Shown one piece after another: positions 45,682 to 54,719 of a stretch of 64,000 bases of DNA (within the stretch, counting starts at the first letter, position 1; every line of letters begins with the position of its first letter). The translations under genes and the position numbers were made by a program. The notes under the pieces were generated by a model. It made no database searches, was not told where the DNA came from, and saw nothing but the letters and a program-made list of their open reading frames with translations. Source of the DNA: an uncultured Gammaproteobacteria bacterium (GTDB taxonomy: Bacteria; Patescibacteriota; Microgenomatia; UBA8517); the NCBI GenBank assembly GCA_964600575.1, contig CAZRJH010000001.1, positions 28,651 to 92,650 on the forward strand. Direction: 5' to 3'.

Positions 45682-46215
45682 TCAAATTTTTGTAGAAGCA
45701 GCAACTATTCTCAATTTATCGTCTGTTGTTATATTTAGACACAAATCTTCTAGTTTGTCTCCTGTTTTAAGAGCCTCTTTTTCGATGTAGGTCCATAATC
45801 TTTGATTGGGTTTAGAAAGCAGCTTTTGTATTAGGGCTTCGGGTTTGATGGCCGCAAGCGCGATTCTAGAAACGCCGTTTTGGGGAACAACTGTCGTTTC
45901 GTTTTTTAGAACTAACAGCTCATTGTTTGCCTGACTGTTTTCGAAAATTATTTTTGAATTTAATTCTGCTGCAAAAGGAAATAGGACCAAGAGGTTGGAC
46001 ACAATTTCAAGATTTTTTGAGGCTATTGTTGCAGATACCGAATAGGCTGTTACTTTTAATGCCTGGTTGGCAGAAAATCCGTCATTTAAAGCTTTTTTAA
46101 AAAGATCTTCGATATTTTGGGAATCAAGCTCCACATCAAATCTGCCGTTTTTGTTTAGTTCAAACAGCATGGTTTCTATTAAATCTATCTTTGGAATATT
46201 TATTTCTTTAAACAT
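45682..46215 (-). CDS. hypothetical protein
   Basis: 177-aa ORF. Confidence 0.35.
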   Translation of the reverse strand: MFKEINIPKIDLIETMLFELNKNGRFDVELDSQNIEDLFKKALNDGFSANQALKVTAYSVSATIASKNLEIVSNLLVLFPFAAELNSKIIFENSQANNELLVLKNETTVVPQNGVSRIALAAIKPEALIQKLLSKPNQRLWTYIEKEALKTGDKLEDLCLNITTDDKLRIVAASTKI

Positions 46216-46268
46216 AGTTCAAAAAAAACGCCCGGCGGTTTTTGTGCCTCCAGGCGTGCGGTTTTTTG

Positions 46269-46508
46269 TTATTTGCGAAATTGCTTGGCAATTTCGTAAA
46301 TGAACAGTGCGACTCCAATCATGGAAACCAAGCTGCCAAGGGCAAGCCCGGCCATTGCGCCGAGATGCCCTGCGAACATAAAGGCAAAGCTTTCGATGCC
46401 GCCTTCGATTGTTCGGTATGCGCCGACTCCCATGTTGATCAGGGCAAAAATAAAACTTCCGAAGCATATTACAGCTCCTGATATAAACACGATCAACGCT
46501 TGTTTCAT
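46269..46508 (-). CDS. small 2-TM membrane protein in a GC-elevated (~50%) patch; possible homolog of 36165..36416
   Basis: 79 aa. C-terminal 'AGHLGAMAGLALGSLVSMIGVALFIYEIAK' resembles 'GSYHIAAGSFAWLDIIAIGVLGFLLYKTK' in the other GC-rich small gene. Confidence 0.45.
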   Translation of the reverse strand: MKQALIVFISGAVICFGSFIFALINMGVGAYRTIEGGIESFAFMFAGHLGAMAGLALGSLVSMIGVALFIYEIAKQFRK

Positions 46509-46764
46509 TCGAATCCTCCAATATAGAGTTGCAGTAACGTGCGACTAAGGCTATATTTTAGCAAAAGCAATTAAATTAATCTACCTATAGGATTAACTAT
46601 TTATTGTTATAATGGTTTAATATGTCAGAAGATAGCAAAGTGTTTTTAGACGGGGAACATGCAAACCGGGAACATAAAAATTTAAAACGCATCGAGGTTG
46701 TTTTGTATAAACCCAAAGCCTTCGACAGACAAGCGATGGAAACACCACTGCTTTATTTAAAGTA

Positions 46765-46784
46765 AGCGGGATTGACGAGACTCG
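46765..46784. repeat. 20-nt direct duplicate of the tRNA-Asp 3' end ('AGCGGGATTGACGAGACTCG'), 64 nt beyond the tRNA
   Basis: Identical 20-mer at 46765-46784 and 46849-46868 (the latter being the tRNA-Asp 3' end and discriminator region). Confidence 0.7.
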
Positions 46785-46850
46785 CGATGCACAACACGAA
46801 GTACCGCTATACGCATTATCTAGACAAGTCGATAATGCGAATGAAACGAG

Positions 46851-46924
46851 CGGGATTGACGAGACTCGAACTCGCAACCTCTTCCGTGACAGGGAAGCGC
46901 TCTAGCCGATTGAGCTACAACCCC
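46851..46924 (-). tRNA. tRNA-Asp (anticodon GTC)
   Basis: Minus-strand cloverleaf: acceptor GGGGTTG/CAATCCC (one G.U), D arm GCTC-AATCGGCTA-GAGC, anticodon stem CTTCC/GGAAG with loop CTGTCAC (GTC), T arm GCGAG-TTCGAGT-CTCGT, discriminator G. No CCA encoded. Confidence 0.8.
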
Positions 46925-47269
46925 AAGAGTAACTTGGGTATACAAGGCAACTCTGCCTTGAGAATGCTATTTTACTATTTATTTTTCTTCTTAGCCAGCC
47001 ATTTTGACTTAACTGTAGCTATCTGACATTTGTAGGCTTTTTGGCAAACCTGACTCTTACGATAATTTTTGCCGAACCGGTGACAATCGCCGCTAAATCC
47101 ATCTTAAACATTTAGCAATAACCCGCCTGGGCAAGGTAATTTTTATACCCGGCGGGTTTTATTTTGGTTAATAGTTTAATCCTATAACTTGATATCTGTA
47201 CCCCAAAATGTTACTATTCAGCCTTGGTTTAATTGCACATTCCCAAAATTACGCGAAAGGAGCATTTCT

Positions 47270-48304
47270 ATGCTCAAGAGAATTTTGATCTTAGTTTTTG
47301 CAATGTCACTTTTGCTCACCGCCTGTGGCGGGCAAAGCACCATCGGTGCCGTGAATCCGGAAGGATGCACCTATGAATATAGCGGCACCTTTTACGGCGT
47401 AAACGTTGACGCGCTCGAGCTCAAAGTGACCTCCCATGCAAACTGGGTCCAGGACGAAGACCAGCCAGAGTATTGGAACCTTGTTCCGGACAATGATGCC
47501 CAGTGGGTTAACTTTGTATCCCAGTACAACAACACCGTTGACAAGCTCAATGCCGGGCTTTCCCTTCTCTTTGTTGATGACGAATTCCTGCAGGGAGCCT
47601 CGTACTACCGTATGGACTTGGAGCCTCCGGTGCTTGATACCAGCAGTCGCCGTGAATGTCCCAATCCCGACAACTACGGTTACGGGTGGAACCATTGGAC
47701 AGTCGGCCTTCCTTTTGAAGAAATGGAAGATAACGGCTATGTTACAACCACCAGAATCGGTGACACAACGACCTTTGTAGAAGTGAAGTCTGCCAAAAAT
47801 AGTGTGGTGAATTATTCATTCCCCACCACCTATTTAGAAACAATCTACAGCTACGCTTTCGGTCGCGCCGAAGAGGTGTTGACGCTCGAACCCGAGTATG
47901 TGGAAATTCCGCGCCCGGACATGCCCGACGGCTTAACCTATTCACAAGCAATGCTTGAACAAATGGTCAATGCCGACGCAGAAGGCCGCGAAGCAGTCTC
48001 TTTCACTTTGAACATCGAGGACTTTGAGGGCCGCGCTCAACTCAAACCGGTGATAGCAAAAGGTATCGAACTTGCCGCTTCTCAAGAAGGGTATCCGGTG
48101 CTTGCAACTATCCACGCTATGATGAGTAGTGGACAACGCCAGATTGCCTATGCGAGCATGCACGGCAGTTTCTCGATCCGGGGAGCTTTCTTCCTTGGTA
48201 TTGGCGGAGTCAGCGGTGGCGGTTATATCGACGGTCAGGCCGGCAGCAATGCCTGGTTTGAAGACGTTATCAAAGCGTCCGTTTATATCACACCACAGCC
48301 GTAA
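47270..48304 (+). CDS. secreted lipoprotein of unknown function in a GC-rich (~52%) segment; start placed at 'MLKRILILVFAMSLLLTACGG'
   Basis: Lipobox 'LLTAC'. Composition differs strongly from the ~38% background. The ORF-track start at 47189 is probably upstream read-through. Confidence 0.6.
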   Translation: MLKRILILVFAMSLLLTACGGQSTIGAVNPEGCTYEYSGTFYGVNVDALELKVTSHANWVQDEDQPEYWNLVPDNDAQWVNFVSQYNNTVDKLNAGLSLLFVDDEFLQGASYYRMDLEPPVLDTSSRRECPNPDNYGYGWNHWTVGLPFEEMEDNGYVTTTRIGDTTTFVEVKSAKNSVVNYSFPTTYLETIYSYAFGRAEEVLTLEPEYVEIPRPDMPDGLTYSQAMLEQMVNADAEGREAVSFTLNIEDFEGRAQLKPVIAKGIELAASQEGYPVLATIHAMMSSGQRQIAYASMHGSFSIRGAFFLGIGGVSGGGYIDGQAGSNAWFEDVIKASVYITPQP

Positions 48305-48322
48305 TTTTTTTTGGGGGTTAGT

Positions 48323-48359
48323 GAAACCGTTTCTGATGAAAGTCCGAAACGGTTTTTTT
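48323..48359 (+). terminator. rho-independent terminator (GAAACCGTTTC - 12 nt - GAAACGGTTT + T7)
   Basis: Read directly, 19 nt after the lipoprotein stop codon. Confidence 0.7.
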
Positions 48360-48388
48360 GTGGCAAAAATCCTGTTGTATACTGAGGA

Positions 48389-50206
48389 GTGGCGGAGAAA
48401 AAGTATCTAAATAATATAGAAATCTCGGAACTTCTAAGGGATGTTGCTGCTGCCTATCAACTTAAAGACGCCGCAGGCGCTCGTTTCAAGATAATTGCAT
48501 ATCAACGCGCAGCAGATGCCGTTGAACACGCAACAAGCGAACTTAAAGATTTGTGGGACGACGGAAAACTTAAAGATATTCCGGGTGTGGGTGCAAGTAT
48601 TTCCGAACATCTTTCCGAGCTTTTTTCTACAGGCAGGTCCAAACATTTTGAGGAGCTTATGAAAGATCTACCAAAAAGCATGTTTGAGTTTATGAAAGTT
48701 CCCGGAATAGGGCCCAAAACAGCATACAAATTAGCTCACGAGCTTGGACTTAAATCGTTGAGCGATTTGGAGAAGGCCGCCAAAAAAGGAAGGATTGCCG
48801 AGATGGAAGGTTTTGGCGAGCAGTCACAAAAAGATATTTTGGATTCAATTGGAACAGTTAGAAAAAGAATAAAAAGACATCTTCTGCCTTACGCAACAGA
48901 AATATCGGAAAGGGTAATAAAATATCTTTTGGCCAATAAGGCAGTTAGAAAAGCCGACACATTAGGAAGTCTTAGAAGAAAAGTTTCTACAATAGGTGAC
49001 ATTGATATAGCCGCGGCAACCGAGGAACCCGATAAAGTGTTGGAATATTTTACTAATTTTCCCAACACCCAAAAAATTTTAGAAAAAGGGACAAGAACGG
49101 CTGCAATAATCTTACCGGGTGCGGTCCAGGTGGACCTGATGATAGAGACCCCCGACGCATACGGTTCATTACTACAACATTTCACAGGATCTAAACACCA
49201 CAATATTGCCCTTAGGGAGATGGCGCTAAAAAAGGGTTACAGTTTGTCCGATTACGGCGTAAAAAAGGTAGGAGATAAGCAAAGCTTGGACAGTCAGGGC
49301 CCTGGCAAATCCGAGAAGTTGATTAAATTTGATAGCGAAGAAAAACTTTATAACTTTTTTGGTTTGGACTATATCCCTCCCGAACTTCGTGAAGACAGCG
49401 GTGAGATAGATTTTGCAAGGGAGCATAAGTTGCCGCAACTTGTTCAGGTAGAAAATGTTAAAGGAGACCTGCAAATACACTCCAATTTTGATGTAGAAAC
49501 AAGTCATGATGTGGGTGAATCTTCTATGGAAGATATTGTAAAAAGAGCGGACGTAAAGAAATATGAGTATGTTGCACTGACAGACCACAACCCTTCACAA
49601 AAAGGTCATACAGCTAAGGACTTTGTGGAAATATTAAAAAAGCGTCGTGAAAAAATTGAAAAAATAAATTACTCACTCAAAAATATGAACATAAAAAATG
49701 TTCAGAAAGTTTTTAATAGCCTTGAAATCGATATAATGCCGTCTGGAGAGTTACCCGTGCCCCAAGAAGCAATGGAACTTTTGGACTTTGCTTTGGTTTC
49801 TATCCATTCCAGTTTCGACGGAGAACGCGATGTTAATACAAAAAGAGTTTTAACTGCTTTGGCTAATCCAAAAGTAAAAATATTTGCACATCCAACAGGC
49901 AGAAAACTTAACGAACGGGAAGGTGTGGATCTAAATTGGCCCGAAATTTTTGATTTTTGTATTAAGCACAACAAGTGGGTAGAAATTAACTGTGACCCGA
50001 TGAGACTTGATCTACCCGATATTCTAGTAAGAGAAGGGGTAAAGCTTGGAGTTAAATTTACCCTTGGAACAGACTCGCATCATATAGACATGATGGACAA
50101 CATGCCTTACGGCATTACAGTAGCAAGACGAGGTTGGTTAGAAGCAAAAAATGTTGTAAACACAACTTCTTATAAAGATTTAGAACGTTTGCTTACAGAA
50201 AATTAG
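48389..50206 (+). CDS. polX: family X DNA polymerase with C-terminal PHP domain
   Basis: N-terminal HhH 'DIPGVGASISEHL' and 'VPGIGPKTAYKL'. Pol-beta palm 'GSLRRKVSTIGDIDIA'. PHP-type His-rich C-terminal 'DLQIHSNFDVETSHD...ALTDHN...IHSSFDG...HPTGR'. Confidence 0.85.
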   Translation: MAEKKYLNNIEISELLRDVAAAYQLKDAAGARFKIIAYQRAADAVEHATSELKDLWDDGKLKDIPGVGASISEHLSELFSTGRSKHFEELMKDLPKSMFEFMKVPGIGPKTAYKLAHELGLKSLSDLEKAAKKGRIAEMEGFGEQSQKDILDSIGTVRKRIKRHLLPYATEISERVIKYLLANKAVRKADTLGSLRRKVSTIGDIDIAAATEEPDKVLEYFTNFPNTQKILEKGTRTAAIILPGAVQVDLMIETPDAYGSLLQHFTGSKHHNIALREMALKKGYSLSDYGVKKVGDKQSLDSQGPGKSEKLIKFDSEEKLYNFFGLDYIPPELREDSGEIDFAREHKLPQLVQVENVKGDLQIHSNFDVETSHDVGESSMEDIVKRADVKKYEYVALTDHNPSQKGHTAKDFVEILKKRREKIEKINYSLKNMNIKNVQKVFNSLEIDIMPSGELPVPQEAMELLDFALVSIHSSFDGERDVNTKRVLTALANPKVKIFAHPTGRKLNEREGVDLNWPEIFDFCIKHNKWVEINCDPMRLDLPDILVREGVKLGVKFTLGTDSHHIDMMDNMPYGITVARRGWLEAKNVVNTTSYKDLERLLTEN

Positions 50207-50232
50207 TAAGTGGTAAATTAATTTGCAGGTTT

Positions 50233-50832
50233 GTGTTAACATATCTTATGCCTTTTTTAATTTTTGTAGGAATTTTAGTAATCGTTGGTCTTTGGCTTGT
50301 CGGTGAATACAACTTTTTTGCAACAGCTAAAACCAGAGTAGGCGCCTCCATTCAAGAAATTGGCAATCAACTCAAACGCCAGGCGGAACTTATTCCAAAC
50401 CTGGAATCTTCCGTTAAGGGTTACCTTAAACACGAAAAATCGATTTTTGATGAACTTACGGCTGCAAGAAAAGAAGTTGTGAGTGCAGCAGGAAGCGGGG
50501 ATTTGGACAAAATGGCCAAAGCCGGTGCAAGATTCTCCGAAATTTTACCCAGGATTCAACTGGTGGTAGAAAGTAACCCCGAAATCAAAGGTGTCCAGGT
50601 TGTTCAAGATTTAATGGGTGAACTTCGTGACACCTCTGATAAAGTTATGTATGCCAGACGGCTTCTTATAGATCTAACTGCTGACTACAATGTTAAAAGA
50701 GTTACTTTCCCGGGAAACTTTGTTGCGGGAATGTTTAAGTTTGGAGAGTTGAAAGGTTTAGAAACTCCTACCACGGGTGATTCATTTTCTGTCAGTGAAA
50801 ACGACATGAAAACGCCCAAAGTTAACCTCTAA
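50233..50832 (+). CDS. lemA: LemA family protein
   Basis: N-terminal TM, then 'YNFFATAKTRVGASIQEIGNQLKRQAELIPNL...KHEKSIFDELTAAR'. Confidence 0.8.
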   Translation: MLTYLMPFLIFVGILVIVGLWLVGEYNFFATAKTRVGASIQEIGNQLKRQAELIPNLESSVKGYLKHEKSIFDELTAARKEVVSAAGSGDLDKMAKAGARFSEILPRIQLVVESNPEIKGVQVVQDLMGELRDTSDKVMYARRLLIDLTADYNVKRVTFPGNFVAGMFKFGELKGLETPTTGDSFSVSENDMKTPKVNL

Positions 50833-52038
50833 ATGGTCAATCCCAGATTCAATGAGTTAAGACGCAATAAATTTAATTTGTTTTGGTGCAGATTTTTTGT
50901 AGATCTAAATGCGCTCAACTCATTTGTACAGCTTTTTTATCTACAAAGAGGTGTGAGTGTTCCCCAAATTTACTTAACAGGAGTTGCCTGGTCGCTTGGA
51001 ACTTTATTGTTTGATATTCCCTCAAGTTACTTGGCTGATCGCTGGGGCCGAAGAAAAACTATTTTAACGGGAGTGATTGTAAATGTTATCGCCAATGCCT
51101 ATTTGTTTTGGGCGTATGGATTTTGGTCTTTCTTTTTGTATACATTTATTTTTGCAATTTCCTACTCTTTCTTTTTTGGCGTAGAAGATGCTCTTCTCTA
51201 CGACACTCTAAAAGAAATGAAGCAAGAAAAAGTTGTTATGAAAACTGCGGGCAAATATGCTTCCGCAGGTAGAATTTCTAAAATATTAGTTCCAATCTTG
51301 GGTATTTTTGTAGCAAAAGACTTGGCGCCAAGCCAATTTGATTTTCTGCTTTCTATTAATTTAATAAGTTCGATTGTGGCGGTTTATTTTGCCTATAAGC
51401 TTGTGGAACCAAAAAAGTTCGAGGAAAATCTAAAATTAAAATTAAGCGTGTTTAAAGACGGAATAAAAACCTTTTTGGAATCTAAAATATTAAGATCATT
51501 TGCTTTCAACAAGAGTTTAATATTTATATCCAGCTTTGTATTTTGGCGATATTACCAAAATGCTCTTTTGGAACGCGATTTTTCCGTTTTTTTGCTTGGG
51601 TTAATTTACCCTGTTAGTAACGCCCTCTTGGTAATGTTTTTTGTTTTGGCACCCAAAATAACCGAAAAAATAGAAAGGTTACATATAATAAACGGGGTAG
51701 CCTGGGTTGCTTTTGTTTCTTTGGTAGTCTTTATTTTTACCGAAAACACGCTTCTTTTGTATTTAATGTCGATTTCTATATTAACCGTCGCTACAATCAG
51801 AGACCCTTTATTTACCCAACAAATTCAATGGAGGTTAAAGTCTTACAATAGAGCAACCACAGGTTCTATTCTTGGAATTTTCAAAGGAGTGAGTGATATT
51901 CCGGTACTTTTACTTTCGGGATACTTAGCTACATTCGGGGGCAAGTGGGTTCTTGTGACATCTGTAATGCTGGCTTTAATTGTTATAATTTTCTTTGGAA
52001 TCAAAAAAGAATATATAATTGCGGAAGAAGAGAAATAA
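50833..52038 (+). CDS. MFS transporter
   Basis: 12-TM layout; MFS loop-2/3 signature 'LADRWGRRKTIL'. Confidence 0.7.
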   Translation: MVNPRFNELRRNKFNLFWCRFFVDLNALNSFVQLFYLQRGVSVPQIYLTGVAWSLGTLLFDIPSSYLADRWGRRKTILTGVIVNVIANAYLFWAYGFWSFFLYTFIFAISYSFFFGVEDALLYDTLKEMKQEKVVMKTAGKYASAGRISKILVPILGIFVAKDLAPSQFDFLLSINLISSIVAVYFAYKLVEPKKFEENLKLKLSVFKDGIKTFLESKILRSFAFNKSLIFISSFVFWRYYQNALLERDFSVFLLGLIYPVSNALLVMFFVLAPKITEKIERLHIINGVAWVAFVSLVVFIFTENTLLLYLMSISILTVATIRDPLFTQQIQWRLKSYNRATTGSILGIFKGVSDIPVLLLSGYLATFGGKWVLVTSVMLALIVIIFFGIKKEYIIAEEEK

Positions 52039-52971
52039 ATGCAAAACATATACGAAGTTCAATCAGCCAACAAAATAAAAAGCGCTTTTATAGTGGCTTT
52101 CTTTTTGGTTTTTGTTTTTTTGGCGACTTTTGTTATTACAAAAGCCTTTGGGCTTTACATGGGCTATGAACCGGGGGGCTTGGGTTATTTTGGAATGGCC
52201 TTTATTATTTCCGGAGTTTCCAGCTTTATCAGTTATTACTTTTCCGATCAAATTGTTTTGGGTATTTCTGGCGCCCGGCCTGCAAGCAAAGCCGAGGACA
52301 AACTTTTTACTCAAGTGGTAGAAAATCTATGTATAGGAGCCGGAATACCCAAGCCAAAATTGTATGTTATAGAAGACACTGCAATGAATGCCTTTGCGAC
52401 AGGTAGAGACCCAGATCACGCAGTTGTCTGTGCAACAACGGGACTTTTGGCAAGTCTAAACAGAACCGAGCTGGAAGGCGTCATGGCTCACGAGCTAAGT
52501 CATATAAGAAATTACGATACGCGCCTAATGTCTGTAGTTTCGGTTATGGTTGGTCTAATTGCTCTTCTTGCCGATTGGTTTATGCGTAGTATGTGGTGGG
52601 GCGGTGGAAGAAGAGATAGAGATAGCGATAATAGTAGCGGGGCGATACTTATGGTTTTGGGAATAGTTTTTGCAATACTTTCTCCCATAATTGGCCAGCT
52701 TATTCAGTTGGCAATTTCCCGAAGACGTGAGTTTATGGCGGATGGAGGTGCGGTGGAGCTTACCAGGCAACCACAGGGTTTGATTAATGCTCTCCAAAAA
52801 ATATCCGCCGACACAGAGCCCCTTGAGGCTGCCAATAAAGCAACAGCCCACCTTTACATAATGAATCCTTTTAAAGGAAAGTCGCACGGCGCCGTAGGGA
52901 TGCTTGCGGGACTTTTTAATACTCACCCTCCTACCTCCGAACGTATCAAAGCACTTCAAAATATGCTTTAA
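52039..52971 (+). CDS. htpX: zinc metalloprotease HtpX (M48)
   Basis: 'MAHELSHIRNYD' (HExxH) and a downstream 'EFMADGGAVELT' Glu ligand, within a 4-TM topology. Confidence 0.85.
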   Translation: MQNIYEVQSANKIKSAFIVAFFLVFVFLATFVITKAFGLYMGYEPGGLGYFGMAFIISGVSSFISYYFSDQIVLGISGARPASKAEDKLFTQVVENLCIGAGIPKPKLYVIEDTAMNAFATGRDPDHAVVCATTGLLASLNRTELEGVMAHELSHIRNYDTRLMSVVSVMVGLIALLADWFMRSMWWGGGRRDRDSDNSSGAILMVLGIVFAILSPIIGQLIQLAISRRREFMADGGAVELTRQPQGLINALQKISADTEPLEAANKATAHLYIMNPFKGKSHGAVGMLAGLFNTHPPTSERIKALQNML

Positions 52972-52989
52972 GTCGGGTATTATTAGGGC

Positions 52990-53301
52990 ATGGCCAAGCT
53001 AACAAAAAGCGATGTGTTACATGTTGCAAATCTTGCCAACTTAAAACTCACAGACGAAGAAATTTCTACATTTTTTCCCCAGCTTTCTAATGTTGTCGAA
53101 TTTATTGGGCAACTTAACGAGGTGGATACCAACGAGGTAGAACCAACTAGCCAGACAACGGGTTTGGAAAATGTATTAAGAATAGATGAGCCGGACGCAA
53201 CAATTTGTTTACCCCAGGAAAAGGCTCTCAGCGGAACAAACTCGACTTATAACGGTTTGTTTAAAGTAAAAGCGATACTTAGCGAAAGGAGTAATAAGTA
53301 A
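52990..53301 (+). CDS. gatC: Asp/Glu-tRNA amidotransferase subunit C
   Basis: 'MAKLTKSDVLHVANLANLKLTDEEISTFFPQLSNVVEFIGQLNEVDT'. Confidence 0.85.
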   Translation: MAKLTKSDVLHVANLANLKLTDEEISTFFPQLSNVVEFIGQLNEVDTNEVEPTSQTTGLENVLRIDEPDATICLPQEKALSGTNSTYNGLFKVKAILSERSNK

Positions 53302-53303
53302 AC

Positions 53304-54716
53304 TTGTCTATGACAAAAATGAAACTTCCGTTAACAATTGACGCGACCCACGAAGGGTTAAAGAAGAAAGAGTTTTCAGCCGTAGAGTTGGTTGAATCAT
53401 ACTTGGAGCAAATCAAAAAACATAACGGCGAGTACAATATTTTTCTTACAACTACCGATGAGATTGCTCTAAAAAAAGCAAAAGAGATTGATGATCTGGT
53501 TGCGGGTAACCCTAATGTTTTCGAGGAATTTCCGCTTTTGGGTGCAGTTACTTCGTACAAAGATATTTTTATGACGGAAGGGGTTAGGACTACCGCCTCC
53601 TCCAAAGTTTTAGAAAGTTATATCCCCCCTTATTCGGCAACCTCCGTTAAAAAAATGGAACACGCAGGAACCATAATGATAGGAAAAACAAACAACGACG
53701 CTTGGGCACACGGAGCCAGCGGAGAAAATAGTGATTTTGGCGCAACCAAAAACCCTTGGAACAAAGAATTTGTACCGGGGGGCAGCAGCAGCGGCTCTGC
53801 GGCTTCCCTTAGTGCCAATATGAGCCTGATTTCGTTGGGAACCGATACTGGCGGCTCCGTTAGGCAGCCCGCTAATTTTTCCTATTTGGTAGGCCTAAAG
53901 CCAACTTACGGCGCAATCTCTCGTTACGGCGTTATTTCTATGGCGTCCTCACTGGATACTGTAGGAGAATTCGGGCGTAGCGTTTCTGATGTGGGAAAAA
54001 TGTTCGATGTTTTAAAGGGCGAGGACGGATTTGATGCAGCCGTTAAAAACGCAGATTTTATTCAATCTAAACCAAAGTACAAAATCGGAATTGCAAAAGA
54101 ATATTTTGGAACGGGATTAAATAAAGAGGTAGAAAAAAACATAGATGAGGTCAAAAAAGTTTTCCAAAGTCTTGGTATCGAGTTTGTTGAAATCACCTTA
54201 CCACATACAAAATATGCGGTACCTGTTTATTATATTGTTCAGCCCGCCGAAGTTTCTTCTAACTTAGGAAGGTTCGACGGAATACGCTATGGTAACGGCA
54301 GAGAGTCGTTTGGCCAGGAGGCAAAACGAAGAATAATGTTAGGTACTTACGTTTTATCTTCGGGCTACTACGACGCATATTATCTTAAAGCACAAAAAGT
54401 GAGGTCAAAGTTAATCGATGACTTTGACGCCGCATTTAAGGAGGTCGACGCAATTTTGTCACCAGTTTCTCCGACCCCTCCTTTTAAAATAGGAGAAAAT
54501 TCATCGGACCCTTTGGCTATGTATTTGGCGGATGTTTATACCTGTGCAGTTAATCTTGCCGGTATTCCTTCTTTGGCTATTCCTAGCGGTTTTACAGAAA
54601 ACAAACTTCCTTTAGGTTTCCAGCTCATAGGCCCCAGATTTTCGGAACCTTTGCTGTTTGACTTGGGTAAGACTTATCAAAAAGAAACTGAATACAAACC
54701 CGAAGTAGCATTCTAA
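53304..54716 (+). CDS. gatA: Asp/Glu-tRNA amidotransferase subunit A (amidase signature)
   Basis: 'GGSSSGSAASLSANMSLISLGTDTGGSVRQPA' is the amidase signature. Confidence 0.9.
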   Translation: MSMTKMKLPLTIDATHEGLKKKEFSAVELVESYLEQIKKHNGEYNIFLTTTDEIALKKAKEIDDLVAGNPNVFEEFPLLGAVTSYKDIFMTEGVRTTASSKVLESYIPPYSATSVKKMEHAGTIMIGKTNNDAWAHGASGENSDFGATKNPWNKEFVPGGSSSGSAASLSANMSLISLGTDTGGSVRQPANFSYLVGLKPTYGAISRYGVISMASSLDTVGEFGRSVSDVGKMFDVLKGEDGFDAAVKNADFIQSKPKYKIGIAKEYFGTGLNKEVEKNIDEVKKVFQSLGIEFVEITLPHTKYAVPVYYIVQPAEVSSNLGRFDGIRYGNGRESFGQEAKRRIMLGTYVLSSGYYDAYYLKAQKVRSKLIDDFDAAFKEVDAILSPVSPTPPFKIGENSSDPLAMYLADVYTCAVNLAGIPSLAIPSGFTENKLPLGFQLIGPRFSEPLLFDLGKTYQKETEYKPEVAF

Positions 54717-54719
54717 AAA

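Noticed and set aside
46617-47026. ORFs 46617..46877 (-) and 46772..47026 (+) from the six-frame track
   Set aside because: Both run across the tRNA-Asp gene and its duplicated 3' end, and have no coding features. Treated as spurious.
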